Source: Neoconidiobolus thromboides FSU 785 (lineage: Eukaryota > Fungi > Entomophthoromycota). From it: a stretch of DNA of 64,000 nucleotides. The stretch is from assembly GCA_025603075.1 (NCBI GenBank), contig MU626294.1, forward strand, positions 75,895 to 139,894. The letters are read 5' to 3'. Shown here one piece after another: positions 1 to 12,306 of this stretch; the first letter of the stretch is position 1, and each line of letters opens with the position of its first letter. The notes under the pieces were generated by a model that made no database searches, was not told where the DNA came from, and saw nothing but the letters and a program-made list of their open reading frames with translations. A program made the position numbers and the translations under genes.

Positions 1-234
1 ATACTAATACTGGTTATGTCCTCTTATTTCCTTCAAAACCAATACATTGGTTAGAATATTCTCATTCTTATAAAAAAAATTCCTTTTTAATTTGAACAAA
101 ACCTCTACATAAAAGTTAATACAAAAGAATTTAAAAATATAGCCCAATAAATATACTATCAACGTTAGTACAAAATAATACTATATATATTTACCTTATT
201 ATAAATATTACTCAGATAGATTTTATTCATAAAT

Positions 235-691
235 TTATTTTTCTTCAGTACGGAGACGAGCAGCGGCATTTAAAAGTTTAACATTTAATTGCTTAGCACG
301 TTCAACGATACCAACACGTTTTTTAGCAGAGATGTTATGAGCGATAACTCCAGCATAAACTTGGTTGTGCATAAGGAGAAGTTCAATATCTTTAGGGTCA
401 CGGATTAAGAAAGATTTGAATCCATCTTTGTTGCAGAAACGAGTAGATTTGTTGGAACCATAACCAATCTTTGGCATAGCAATTTGTCCCTTAAAACGAC
501 GACGGACTCTGTTATCAATACCCTTTGGCTTTCTCCATGAGGTCTATAATTTATTTAATCAAAACTTATTTTTTTATTACTTTGAGCTCTTTTTAATTTA
601 CCTTGACTTTAACATAACGATCAGATTGATGTCTGTTGAAAGCTTTTGGGTGTTTCTTTACTATTTTGGTTTTGTTAAGAGCGGTAACCAT
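235..691 (-). CDS. RPL32: 60S ribosomal protein L32 (2 exons: 691-602, 543-235)
   Basis: Spliced translation [30 protein letters not shown]|[29 protein letters not shown] is typical eL32; GT-AG intron 601-544 keeps the frame. Confidence 0.96.
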
Positions 692-1406
692 GACTAAAAG
701 TGATGTATATTTTAATATTTGAACTAAACTTCATATTATTTAAGTTGAAGCAAATTAATAGTTGGAGTTTCAAAATCTCTTTTTATTTTTTTGTATCCTT
801 TTAGTTCTTCGAATACTCTAGTTAATACTTTGATGGATGTATCACTTTCCTTATCTTCCTTTATCTTTTGCTTCTACTTAGTACTTGCTTTACCTCACTT
901 ATATCCGGTCAATCGGTAGGTAAAAAGGAGAGATTTTCTGCTACTTAATTTGTCAATACATAAAATTCTATTTGTATAGAAAAATGTCGATTTTCAAAAA
1001 AGTTGATGGTATTTGACCAATCATTTAAGTTTATACCTCTTGATTTATAGTCATATAATAAATAAAATAGTAAAATTAAACTTATAATTATAGCTATTAT
1101 TCAAATTAAGCATATACATTTAGACATTTTCATAGTTTTGTACGTACAATTTATTACCAATTCTATATAGGTCTTAGATTCATTTTTAAACTATTACTTT
1201 ATCAAAAAATAAATCAAGTTACTATTTGAAAATGTAAAAAAGAAATAAAATTAGTTTGAACATTAAATGATAAAAAATAAAATGAATTGTGATATGTTCA
1301 TACAGGGTACTACTATTTTACTTAAAGTAGATCATTGTAATATACTGAAGCTGTTTTTATTTATTAAGCATTATTAAATAGCACAAAGATACAATTTATT
1401 ACAATC

Positions 1407-4107
1407 TTAAATTGCAAATAGCTCACTTCTCCAATTTTCAATAGCTGTCTCAATGGCTTGTTCTGAGACCTAAAACAGTTAGTATGGTAGACTATGTACT
1501 CTTTTTATGTACCTTTTTAAAGCTCGACATGGTTTTTTCAAGTACCTCTTCAATGTTTTTCTATGAATAATTAATAATTTTTATTTCATCTGTTTTTAAA
1601 ATTACTTTAATTTCTTCTGAGATCTTCTTTTCAATCTGTGATTTAATCATTGGAAAAACAATAGGAGGTAAAAGTTTCATTAAGATTCTATTCAAATTAA
1701 TTATCCTAATATATGATATACTTGTATATTACCCATGCTTGTTATGATGAAATTTCATTTTCATTCCACCTATCTTCACTTTACAAGCTGCAACATGAAT
1801 TTTATTTTCTAGAGAAGTAGATTGTGATACAGCATTATTTAGTGATATATTCGGGAATGATATAACTAGATTGATAATAATCCCTTTCCCTTCAGGAGTA
1901 CTGATATCAATAAAACCGTCCTATAAAAGTGAATTACTATGATTATCTGTCATTAACAACTTACATCTTGAAACTTAAAAAATCCAATAGATTTTTTAAT
2001 AAAATAAGCAACACTTCGTGCTTCGATATTTAAATTCTGGCTATTCAAGTTTAGTAAAATATAGTTATAAAGGAGAATGTTTACATTTTAATTACTATAG
2101 CATCCGAAACTAATTTATATTGACCATCGAGTTTAGAAGTGTTTTTTAATATTAAACTAGCATTCATTAAATTCTCTCTTTTCAAAACAATGTTATCAAC
2201 TATGAATTGATCCGAGTTAACTTTTCTATAACAGTAAGTAATTGGCAACTAATAAAATATAAATTTTACGACTCAATCCTTGGAATTCTTATATATTCAT
2301 AATTTGATACTTTCTTTAAACTAAGCTTGGATGCGTCTTTTAACAAGCTTAAAATGACCTTCGAACTTTGGATTTTTCCTCCTTTCTTCTTGAAAAAGTC
2401 ATAGTATAATATTCTATATTTTTTCGCAATAGATCTGAGTTTTTTATCTTTGATTATATTTTCAATAAACATTTGCCATTTAGATACGACCAGATCGGAT
2501 TTTTCTTTATAATTCCCTTGTAAATGGGCTTTTATTAAACTGAAATCATTTCTAAACACTTTCTTTGCTTCATCCTTCTTTAAATAATCTGGTTTCTTGA
2601 AAAAATCAATGATGTCTTGATTCAGCTGTAAGAATATCTTTCTCATTTCACGATCATTAATTAGAGAAATATATAATTTCTCAACTGAGCGGATTAGCGG
2701 AGTCATACTCTGATCTCCTAAAAATTTACCAATTGCCTTTTTTGCCTCTTTTAAGGCCATCATTATTTCGTCATTATTTAGGTTGCTCTTATCCAAAATA
2801 TGATAAGTAGTAGGCCCAATTTCTGTCATATTTTTCTGTACTTGGTTACAAACAGAAATAATGAAATCTAAATTCTTATGGTATTTTGGGTTACTTTGTA
2901 ACTCCTTCATAAAGTCATAAAATCTAGAGATTAATCTATCTTTTTGGTCTTCGGTCAATTTGATTGCTCCAATATTCTTTCGAACACCACCCAAATCCTT
3001 TTTTACTTCTTGTAATTTTTCTCTTATGACCTTTGTTGGTTTTTCATCAGACTTTTCTATATCATGTATTAAAGGTTTTGTAACTTCAATTCCTTTTCCG
3101 ATCATAATATCTCCTAAATTTTCTACAATACCCATTGCTTCCTCCTTAAGTTCTTCTTTGTTGGAGGGAATTTGAACTTCCTGGCCTTCGGCTCTTGGTT
3201 TTGATGGTTCAGGTTCTGTAGGTTCTCCTGTAGTTATAGGAACATTAGTGCCTTTTTGTTTAATGGGAACTATTTCAGGACGAGACATATCTAGTTTGAT
3301 ATCAGGACGATTATCTAAGCTTGTGCTTACTTTTGAAGGGGATTTTGATGATTCAGACTCTGTGAATTGTCCTGTAGTTATAGGAATTTCAAACCCTTTT
3401 TCTTTATTAGGGGCTGTTTCCAAATGAGGCACATAGGACTTAATAGTGGGGGAGCCGTTTAAATTACCATTTTCTTTTGAAGTAGATTTTGGTGTTCCCA
3501 CTATCTCTTTTGTTTTAGATAAGGAAGGTAATCTAGTATCTTCAGGTAACAACTTATCAATGTTCTCTTTTGATACATTGTAGATCTCCTCCAACAGGCG
3601 ACGGAGCTTACTCGACGATAGTGATAGTTTGAATAAATCGACCAAACTTTTATAAAGCTTATACGAAGGATTTTTAAGATTCTTAATATTATCAGTCTTC
3701 ATTTTTAAAGCTATGAAAAAAATTAGAATAAGCTAATAATGAAGGTAACTATTACTTGTTGTTTGTTTCCCGCCATATACTAAATGAGTAATAAATTGTT
3801 GGATTAAATCTCCATTGTTTCTTTCGATAAAATAAACTTTAGATTCATCAACTAATGATTTTGTGTCATGGAGTATCTTAGAAGTGGTTTTGCTCGGTTT
3901 AATAGTTCTCCACTCTAATTTTTCAGTTACATTAGTGATCAATCCATCGATTTGGTTATTGTCTGGTAACTTTTTGTTCTTCAAAGCGGTCAACATGTTC
4001 ATAAAGTTGTTTTTTTTATCTAAGAGAATATCTATTCGTAGTGTTTTCTCAGATTCTCTTCTAAGTCTATCTTCAAGGCCTGGATCAACGGTAGGTATGT
4101 AACTCAT
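1407..4107 (-). CDS. Multi-exon conserved fungal protein, HAM1-like / DUF4449-type (putative BPI/TULIP-like C-terminus)
   Basis: ORFs 3733-4107 and 2266-3702 join in frame across a 45-nt GT-AG intron. Further exons down to stop 1407-1409 read DGFIDISTPEGKGIIINL, HHNKH and MKLLPPIVFPMIKSQIEKKISEEI. The N-terminus ALKNKKLPDNNQID...ERNNGDLIQQFITH resembles this family as recalled; no search was run. Confidence 0.62.
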
Positions 4108-5311
4108 TTTGAAACTAAAGATTTATAATTTTAAAATAAATATCTTTCGCTTATATACTTTGAAAATAAAACGCATTAATATTTGCAATAAACATAGCTT
4201 ACATTGATACTGAGACTACAAAATAATGAAGAAAAGAAATAATCAAAGTTTGTAAGTGTTTGGTAATTGATTAAGTTATTAGGAATTTATTTGTCTGAGA
4301 TTTGATGATAAGTATAAAATGCATTCAAAATACCGAATTTCAATGTAGGTGTATAGAGATGTATTCATGCTTATATATATTAATGATATAATATGAGCAT
4401 AAGAGAATAAAACCATATGTACAATAAGGTTATTTTTTGAATATAATTTTTTTAGCATTTGAGATTAAAAGTAATCATTACTTATTTGAAACTAATTTTA
4501 TAGCGTAATTATTTATATCATATTGTTTTATAATTTTTTTAAATTCAAAGAATGAAGAGCTTTGTGTTTATTAGTTTAAAAATACAAGATTAAGAGGAAA
4601 TATTAATGCGGGACAAAATCAAGTATAGGGCGGGTTTTAGAAGTTAGTGAAATAATCCACTATTGTTAGATTGAAATCTGCCCATAAAGGTGGGGATTAA
4701 CAATTTGATTGTATCTTATTTATTGTGAGAGAGTCTAGTAATGGAGAATCTTAGTTCATAATAAATCAGATTCAAGCAGCCAATATAGAGGTCTATAGGA
4801 ATTGAGTAATTGGGACAAAACGTTAACTTAGTGGGAGAAAAAGAGATGAAGATGGGGATAGAGCACATTATCACTGTATAGGGTTTGTTTTGTATAAGAG
4901 GCAAAATGATGTTTAGTTGAGTAGGTTGGGGAGGTAAGGACTCAAAGAATAAACTTCAGGTAGAGATCTAGAGGGAAGCGATGGAGGGACATGGGACAGG
5001 TATGTGAGTGAAGGCTTTGTTTGAATCAAGGCACAACATGTTAATTTATAATCATTACCTTTAGCATTTAATTGCTCTTCAAATAATGTTGCTTAAAGCG
5101 TGAAGCATTTACTAAAAAAGATGACTAACTTTCAATCGAATTTTTCATGCATTATTGGGATAAAATAGAAATTTTGTAAATGCTTAAAAAACTCGAAACA
5201 GTTAAGTTTAAGAACTTTAAGTCGATCTTTAGTTTTAAAGTATAAAAATACATTAATTAAACTAGATTTAATCAATTTACTGTTTTTTATTTTTTATTTT
5301 TATTTAATTTA

Positions 5312-6433
5312 ATGTCTTTTGATAATAATTCAGGCTTGGTTTTTATACTACTTCCAACTTTGGGCTCTTTTGCTCAAGTTGTAAACATTTATCAAACCAA
5401 GAGCTCAAATGGCTTCTCAAAGTTAACTTCTGGTATAACTATTATGTCTAGGTAATAAGCTTTTGTAGTATTCTTTTTCATTACTAAATATTTATCTATA
5501 GTATTATCAAAATATTTTATTGGTAATTAATCTTAATATAGAAAATAAACAGGAATTGTATTTATAAAAAGATAGGTTTACATATAGGATTAGTGACTAT
5601 AATTTATTACTAGAAGGAGTTGTATCAATAATTAGCCAGATATATATATTAAAATGCTGTATCGACTTCAAAGAAGGAAACGAAAAAGAAATGAAGGGAG
5701 GGAAGGAAAATCATAATAATATTGAATCAGATAGTAGTCAAATTGAAAGTTATGGCACTTTAATTTCGATATTATCCATTTTGGTCCTTTTTATAATTCA
5801 GAAATTACAACCAGATTCGAACTCTACTTCTGTTTTTCTTATAATTATTAGGTTGTTAGATGCTGTCATTCCTATTCCACAAATTATACTTAACTCTTAT
5901 TTAAGATCAACAGAAGATTTTAGGTATCTAGTCATTTCTATTTTATTCAAATCTATAGCCTAATTCTATTTTAGTTTCTTTTTATTACTTTCTTGGATAA
6001 TACTTGAAGGGGTAAAACTATCACAATACCAGGACAAAGATCTAAATTATAGCAAAATCAATCACTATGGGGATGTACTATCACTAAGTGTTAATACAAT
6101 AGGACTACTTCAATTTTATTTATTCGATTTAAAGTTTCGTGGGATATTCAATTTAACATTGAAATATTCATTATATACAGTAGTAAATATATTTAAAATA
6201 ACATGTGCTATCGTTTTTATTTTAACTGGATTGGCCAAATATAATCCATTTAAATTTACACCAAAGCAAAAGGAGAGAAAATCGGAGCCTAAAATAGTAA
6301 GTTAATTTTTGTATCAAAACAATGTTTTAAACTATGATTTAGGACCAGAAAGCAACCAAAAAGGAGGATGGTTCTTTTAAATATACTGCTTCGGATGCTA
6401 CTAAACCTAAACCTACCCCGATTGAGAAACTAA
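5312..6433 (+). CDS. PQ-loop membrane protein (PQLC1/SLC66A2/Any1-like), multi-exon; 3' part has an apparent frame inconsistency
   Basis: Exons read FAQVVNIYQTKSSNGFS...IIKIFYW...LLLEGVVSIISQIYILKCC, then IPIPQIILNSYLRSTEDF and LLLSWIILEGVK. The 3' end is uncertain. Confidence 0.55.
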
Positions 6434-6953
6434 AGCAGTTGAAAAATATGAATATGACTAGGGCTAATTCATTAAATGTTTAATTTAATAAAATAATTCT
6501 TTACCAATATATTATCGAATAAATTTAACTAACCCTGGGATTAAAACTTATAGTATAAAACTTATAACAACAACAAATAAATATAAAGCTTTGAATCTTA
6601 ATATGTAGATAAAGGCATTGAGCTTTAATAAAGGCAAATGGCTTTACCTTAGTATAATTATTATGAACCATATTATTATTTTACCCTTGAACATCTAAAT
6701 TAGGAGAATAATCGAGATTGGAAAATTAAAAAAATGCTAGAAAGTAAAAGTTAAGAATAAGCGATATTAAAAAAGCTTCTATGTTACAATTTTACAACTT
6801 TGATATTATACTATTCTATCATATGGTTAAATTAAATCAGTATGTATGCTAATGTTAGTGGATTTTATTTATCATCTACTCTATTATTTTGGTTAATAAG
6901 AGAAACCAGGATCAAATAATAGTAGTACCTATTATAAAAACTATTAAAGGGAG

Positions 6954-7059
6954 ATATAGGGATATTTTTTTTGGCTTCATCACTTTTTTCATTTTTTAAA
7001 CACTATTTGAGCGGAAAAATTGTTAGTAAAATTCTTGAATACAAAATACATCTCCATAT
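6954..7059 (+). mobile_element. MITE family A copy 1
   Basis: ATAT-AGGGATAT...GGCTTCATCACTTTT...CTATTTGAGCGGAAAAATTGTTAGTAAAATTCTT...ACATCTCC-ATAT. Confidence 0.9.
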
Positions 7060-7796
7060 GCACAGTGAAAAAAGAGATGGTTGAAGGTTTCTTGGAATTG
7101 CAGCAAAGATAAAAGGCTAAGTTACTTACGTTGTTTTTCAAGTAAAAAGGAGGTTACCACATACCAACATGACAGTGTTTAATAAGACATCATCTCTTTT
7201 ATTACTATTAATTTGACTACTTCCCTAATTCGTAAATAAACTAATAAAAAGCAAATGCTAATTTAAAAGTAAGGAGAAACAATAATGAGATTAAATTATT
7301 ACTAAGACCACTTGATCTTTATTAAGTTTTGTTATTAAAGCCTAAAAATTAGTTATTTAAACGAGAATCGTGATTTAGCACTTGATACTACTCAAAAGTC
7401 ATTTAAAATAGTCTGGTAGTATGACTTTTAGATGATATGCCTATGTTATTAAAGATGCGTTAAACTTCAATAAAAAGTGTTAGACAGAAGGGGCAAATTG
7501 GGTTTCATACCATTGTTGAAATTGTAATTTTACTATTTTTAGTGTTATGGTGAATATAAGCTCAACCCACGAGTATTGAGTAAAGTTAAGATTTTTTTAA
7601 ATGACTTTTTACCATATTACCATTATTAAGAAAATCGAAAAAGGGATAGCTAACCGTAAAGAATATAATAAATGGAACAAGTAACTATTTCGCTTTAAAC
7701 ATTAAGGAATTCGAGAATATAAATAGTGGAGGAATTACTTCGAATAAGATTATAAAAATTTAACTATTTTTACATTCTTTCCTATCTTTGAAAAAA

Positions 7797-9278
7797 ATGA
7801 AATTTTCTTCTTTCCTCTTAGTGGTCACCGTAGCCATCTCCAGCGTTGTTAGTCAATCCCCAGCCAAAGTAGTAGTAGGGTACTTTTCCGATTGGACTTT
7901 GGATAATTACCCAGTGAGTGCTATTGATTTTAGCAAAGTAACTCACATTAACTATGCTTTTGCCTTGTTTACTGATAATGGTTTTAATCCAAAAATTGAA
8001 ACCGAAAGTACTTTAGTGGAATTAGTTACCAAAGCTCATCAAACTAGTACCAAAGTATCTATCTCCATTGGTGGATGGACTGGATCAAAGTACTTTTCAC
8101 CAATGGTAGCCGATGCTGCTAAAAGAAAACAATTTGTAGCCAATACACTTGCTTTTGTAAATAAATTCAACTTGGATGGTATCGACTTAGATTGGGAATA
8201 TCCAGGAAGAGAAGGTGAAGAAGGAAACATTGTTTCTCCACAAGATACTGCCAATTATTTATTATTGCTAAAGGATTTACGTGCCGCTTTGGGTACCAAA
8301 TTGATTACCGCTGCTGTAAGAATTCAACCATTTGATGGTCCAAATGGCCCAGTAAAGGATGTTAAGGACTTTGTGCCTTTATTCGACTGGCTTAATTTGA
8401 TGTGTTATGATTTAAACGGTCCTTGGGAAACTCAAACTGGACCAGTTGGTGGTTTAGATTATCAACCTGGTAAGGGTACACCGTTCTCTGTTAAACAAGC
8501 TGTAAGAGATTGGAGTAAAGCTGGTTTCACTTATGATAAATTAGTCGTCGGTGTACCCTTCTATGGTTATGCTGAGGGTGTTGGTGTTGATATGACCAAT
8601 ACTGACCAATATCAACAAATCACTAATGCCAATTTACCAAGCTATGCCTACAATGATTTAATTACTAAAAAAATCCTAAAGTCCCCAACTGAAGCCAATG
8701 ATGCTACCGGATGGATTAGAAAGTATGACCCAATCACTCAAACTCCATGGTTATTTAACAAGAATACAAAGACATTTGTTGCATACGATGACATTCAATC
8801 CTTAAAAGCAAAGACTGATTATGTAAGATGTAACGGCTTAAGAGGTGCTATGTTATGGTCCATGGATAATGATTATCAAAATCAATTAATCTCTGCTTTA
8901 CAAAATGTATATAATACTGGTTCTTGTGGCCCTTCCACTACTTCTACTACTTCTACCACTACTTCTACCACTACTTCTACCACTGCCACCTCTTCTACCA
9001 CCCCTGTCACTACTACCTCCACTACTACTTCGGTTACCACCACCTCTAGTTCTAGTTCTACTTCTACCACTATTATTACTACTTCTACTACTTCTGTTAC
9101 TTCAACTTCTCAAGGTCCTGAGCCAACTGGAAGTTGTCAAGATGGTTCCTATACTTGCGGTGCAACCAAAGGATCCACTTATTACCAATGTGCTTTCAGT
9201 AAATGGATCAAGTTATCTTGCCCAGGCACCTCTGTATGTGTACAAGCAGGTACCTCGATTTACTGTGGTAATCCTTAA
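7797..9278 (+). CDS. Secreted GH18 chitinase with S/T-rich linker and C-terminal Cys-rich (CBM19-like) module
   Basis: Signal peptide from ATG 7797; SIGGW and intact LDGIDLDWEYPG (DxDxE); WSMD motif; Thr/Ser linker; 6-Cys terminal module. Intronless. Confidence 0.95.
   Translation: MKFSSFLLVVTVAISSVVSQSPAKVVVGYFSDWTLDNYPVSAIDFSKVTHINYAFALFTDNGFNPKIETESTLVELVTKAHQTSTKVSISIGGWTGSKYFSPMVADAAKRKQFVANTLAFVNKFNLDGIDLDWEYPGREGEEGNIVSPQDTANYLLLLKDLRAALGTKLITAAVRIQPFDGPNGPVKDVKDFVPLFDWLNLMCYDLNGPWETQTGPVGGLDYQPGKGTPFSVKQAVRDWSKAGFTYDKLVVGVPFYGYAEGVGVDMTNTDQYQQITNANLPSYAYNDLITKKILKSPTEANDATGWIRKYDPITQTPWLFNKNTKTFVAYDDIQSLKAKTDYVRCNGLRGAMLWSMDNDYQNQLISALQNVYNTGSCGPSTTSTTSTTTSTTTSTTATSSTTPVTTTSTTTSVTTTSSSSSTSTTIITTSTTSVTSTSQGPEPTGSCQDGSYTCGATKGSTYYQCAFSKWIKLSCPGTSVCVQAGTSIYCGNP
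8933..9110 (+). repeat. Low-complexity (ACTACTTCT/ACCACT)n coding repeat, chitinase Thr/Ser linker
   Basis: Directly visible imperfect trinucleotide-based repeat. It explains the overlapping shadow ORFs 8882-9070 and 8905-9372. Confidence 0.9.
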
Positions 9279-10819
9279 TTTATTTTTTAATAAAAAAACA
9301 TTATTATTTGAAGCTTTTTTATCATTTTGGATGTATTTCATTTTCAATTATAAACATCAAATAATTTTATAAGGGAATTAATTTTTATTGTAAAATGGGA
9401 GATGGGTATAGGAATGTTTCGTTAATTTATTAAAAATTTGTTCAAATTCTAAGCATAATAAATAGAAATATAATATACAAAAGAAACATTCTGAGAATTG
9501 GATTAACCCAAGGTGCCAACTCGAGAAGCTAGGTATATAGGCTTTTTTATGATGTTTGATGTTAAAAAAGAACAGTACAATATTGACAAAGACACAATTG
9601 CTCATATAGCGTATTGGATTTATCTTTAGCTCCAAGAAATATTGAGACTTTAAAGGGTTTTTTTTACATACTCAATTTAGATTTTACTTATCAATTATTT
9701 CATACTTCATGGCAAAGTGTATTATAAAAATTCAATAAAGTAGATTTATTTATGCATATATATGAAAGCATGAAACATTAACATTTTTACTAATATTAAT
9801 GATTATCTAAGTAACAATGATAATAAAATGGTAACTAAGTAAATGTCTTTGATTTCTGTTGAATTGTTATTCTTTTCTACTTTTAATAAACTAGCCTTAA
9901 CCAATTCCAAGGCTGTTTAAATAAATTTTCTATAATCCACCTCGAAATTTAACTTAGCGGATTTCAAATTAATATAATTTTCTGTACTCTGTTTTAAAGT
10001 AGACTATATATAGATGTTTGCTAATTATATATATAATGCATTATATATATGTCATTTAGCTAAAATAATAATTTTGTTATGCTACACTTGTCATCCTAAA
10101 TTATTTAACAAAAAGCAATAGTTTTTATCAAGAAATATAGTATTTTCAAAAGGGCTACTTAGGTCAAAAATCAATGTTGGTATATTTATATAAAAATGAA
10201 ACAAAAGAGAGCATAATTATTATAATAAAAATAAATCATATGAAGTATAACATAAATGGCATAATTATGTATATTATTATTGAAATTGTTTGAACTCAAA
10301 ACCTTTTATAATCAAAATCACGATTACTTTAATATGTTATTTAATTAAATCTAAATAACTACAATAGTTATTTGGTATACAAAGTTGCATCTTTCTACAT
10401 CTTTGTTCTTTTTTAGGCTAATCTACTCATAATATTTCAACTCCAAGTTAATAGTGTCTATTTAGTTTCCTTAAATTAATATTATCTAGTTGAAAAAAAG
10501 TGAAACTCTTTTAAGAATGATAATTATATTTTATAATAACTGCTTGAAAATCAGTAAATTGATCTCCAAAGTGCAGTCTAATTACGAGTTCATGATTATT
10601 AAGGTATGAAGGATAGAGAAGGACGCCTATTCCTACTACTATTCCTTTTAACGATTCTACATTGACTTTTTGTACATACTTGGTCAATATACTAAATTGT
10701 TATGATTCGATATTCAATTTGCAGTACATTGGTATTATATTTTATAAAACCATAAGTTTACATAAAATTATATGAGTATTACCAAAGTAGAAATGTAAAT
10801 TGTAAGGCTGAAAATTTCA

Positions 10820-10925
10820 ATATGGGAGTGTTTTTTTTACTTCATTGCTTTTTCCGTTTTTTAAGTACTATTTAAGTGGAAAATTTGTTAGTAAAATTCT
10901 TAAACACAAAAATACATCCACATAT
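10820..10925 (+). mobile_element. MITE family A copy 2
   Basis: Full length, ATAT on both flanks. Confidence 0.9.
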
Positions 10926-10998
10926 GTTATATTATAGTCTTAATAGGAATTAAACTATTATCATGCCTGAAAAGATATTTGGTATATTTAGATTCACG

Positions 10999-11100
10999 AT
11001 ATAAGGATGTATTTTTTTTAAGAATTTTACTAGTAATTTCTCTGCTCAAATAGTGCTTAAAAATGGAAAAAGTGATGAAACCAAAAAAACATCCTCATAT
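10999..11100 (-). mobile_element. MITE family A copy 3 (inverted relative to copy 2)
   Basis: Reverse-complement copy with ATAT flanks, 73 bp from copy 2. Confidence 0.9.
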
Positions 11101-12306
11101 AATATTTATGAAGTATTAATAAAAGAGTTAAAAGCCTACTTTTAATGGAGTGTGCTGCCTATATGTAATTATAGGATAAATAATAACTTACAAATTTGAG
11201 ATAACTTTTAATGCCTATATTTTATTAAAACCTATCAAAGATATTTACGAAAACAGGTATTTGATAGCACCTGGGTTAATAGAGATAAGCCAATTTTTTT
11301 ATGAATTCTAAAAGAGATGATGGTTCAAGTGTTGAAAATAAAATATCAAAGATGGTTATTCCATTTTATAGTGTAATATAATGTTATATTTTAAAACTTC
11401 CTTTTTAATCGTTTTTTTATGGAACTTTAATATCAAATAAAAAATCAATATCATTTCTAATATTAGTGTTGATTGTTTTTAGAATATTCTTACTCCAGGG
11501 ATTAGTGTATAACTTAAGCTAAACTAAGCTAAACAAAGGCGTTAAAAATATATAATCTAGAATTTCATCAAAACAGCACGCTTTAGATGTATGTAAAAAT
11601 AAGATGTCAATTCTTCCTCTATTTTATATACAGAATATTGGCATTCCTATAGCTATTATAGCTTTTAAGGTGATATAAAAAATTAATATCAAATTTTCCA
11701 AATTATTAATTCCTTTTATTCTCAAGTAATTCTTACATTATAGAGCTTAGCCATATGAAGATTAAATACGATTTATATTATCAAAAACCAAAGCATGCAA
11801 TTTTATATGAAAAAATGAGTAATTATGGTTCGAATAAAAGTTTAATATGTTATAAATGTATGGTTGTTTAAAAAGCTGATAAATATCACCAAATGATATT
11901 CAGCTTTCCGATTTTATATAAAATAAAAATGGCAATTGAAATCATTATGAATAGTAGCTATTTAGAAACCGTTATTTCCGGAGAGCACAAGGTAAACAAA
12001 ACGAGGACTTTTATACACCGCCCCTTTTAAAATTGAAAAACAGCTACTATATCAAATAGAATATAGATACTTTGCAATTCTAAATAACTATATTTTCGGC
12101 ATTAATAAAAATTATTAGAGGATAAACTCAAACCACAACCCATATTTAAAAATCTCAAACTCTAACCACAAATCATTTCCAAATGAGATCATTCTGGGTT
12201 TCTTAAGGTTAATTAATTTTTGTGTTCAATTAAATGGAATTGAATAATTATAAATTTCAATTTTTTTAGGACCTAATTTTGCTTCTTATTTACTTTAATA
12301 AATTAA

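Noticed and set aside
4716-5040. GC-richer, purine-skewed tract with a 62-aa ORF; considered as a non-LTR retrotransposon 3' remnant
   Set aside because: Only a vague similarity, which depends on reading stops as Trp. There is no RT/endonuclease motif, polyA tail or TSD.
8882-9372. ORFs 8882-9070 (-) and 8905-9372 (+), poly-Val/Glu and poly-Leu
   Set aside because: Shadow frames of the chitinase Thr/Ser linker repeat.
9378-9635. 85-aa minus-strand ORF; another frame gives LAPWVNPILRMFLL, a GPCR TM7-like string
   Set aside because: No ATG start, no consistent exon model and too short to support a call.
11951-12050. 13-bp imperfect inverted repeat (ATAGTAGCTATTT / AAACAGCTACTAT) upstream of NHA1
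   Set aside because: Short, AT-rich and single-copy; compatible with chance.
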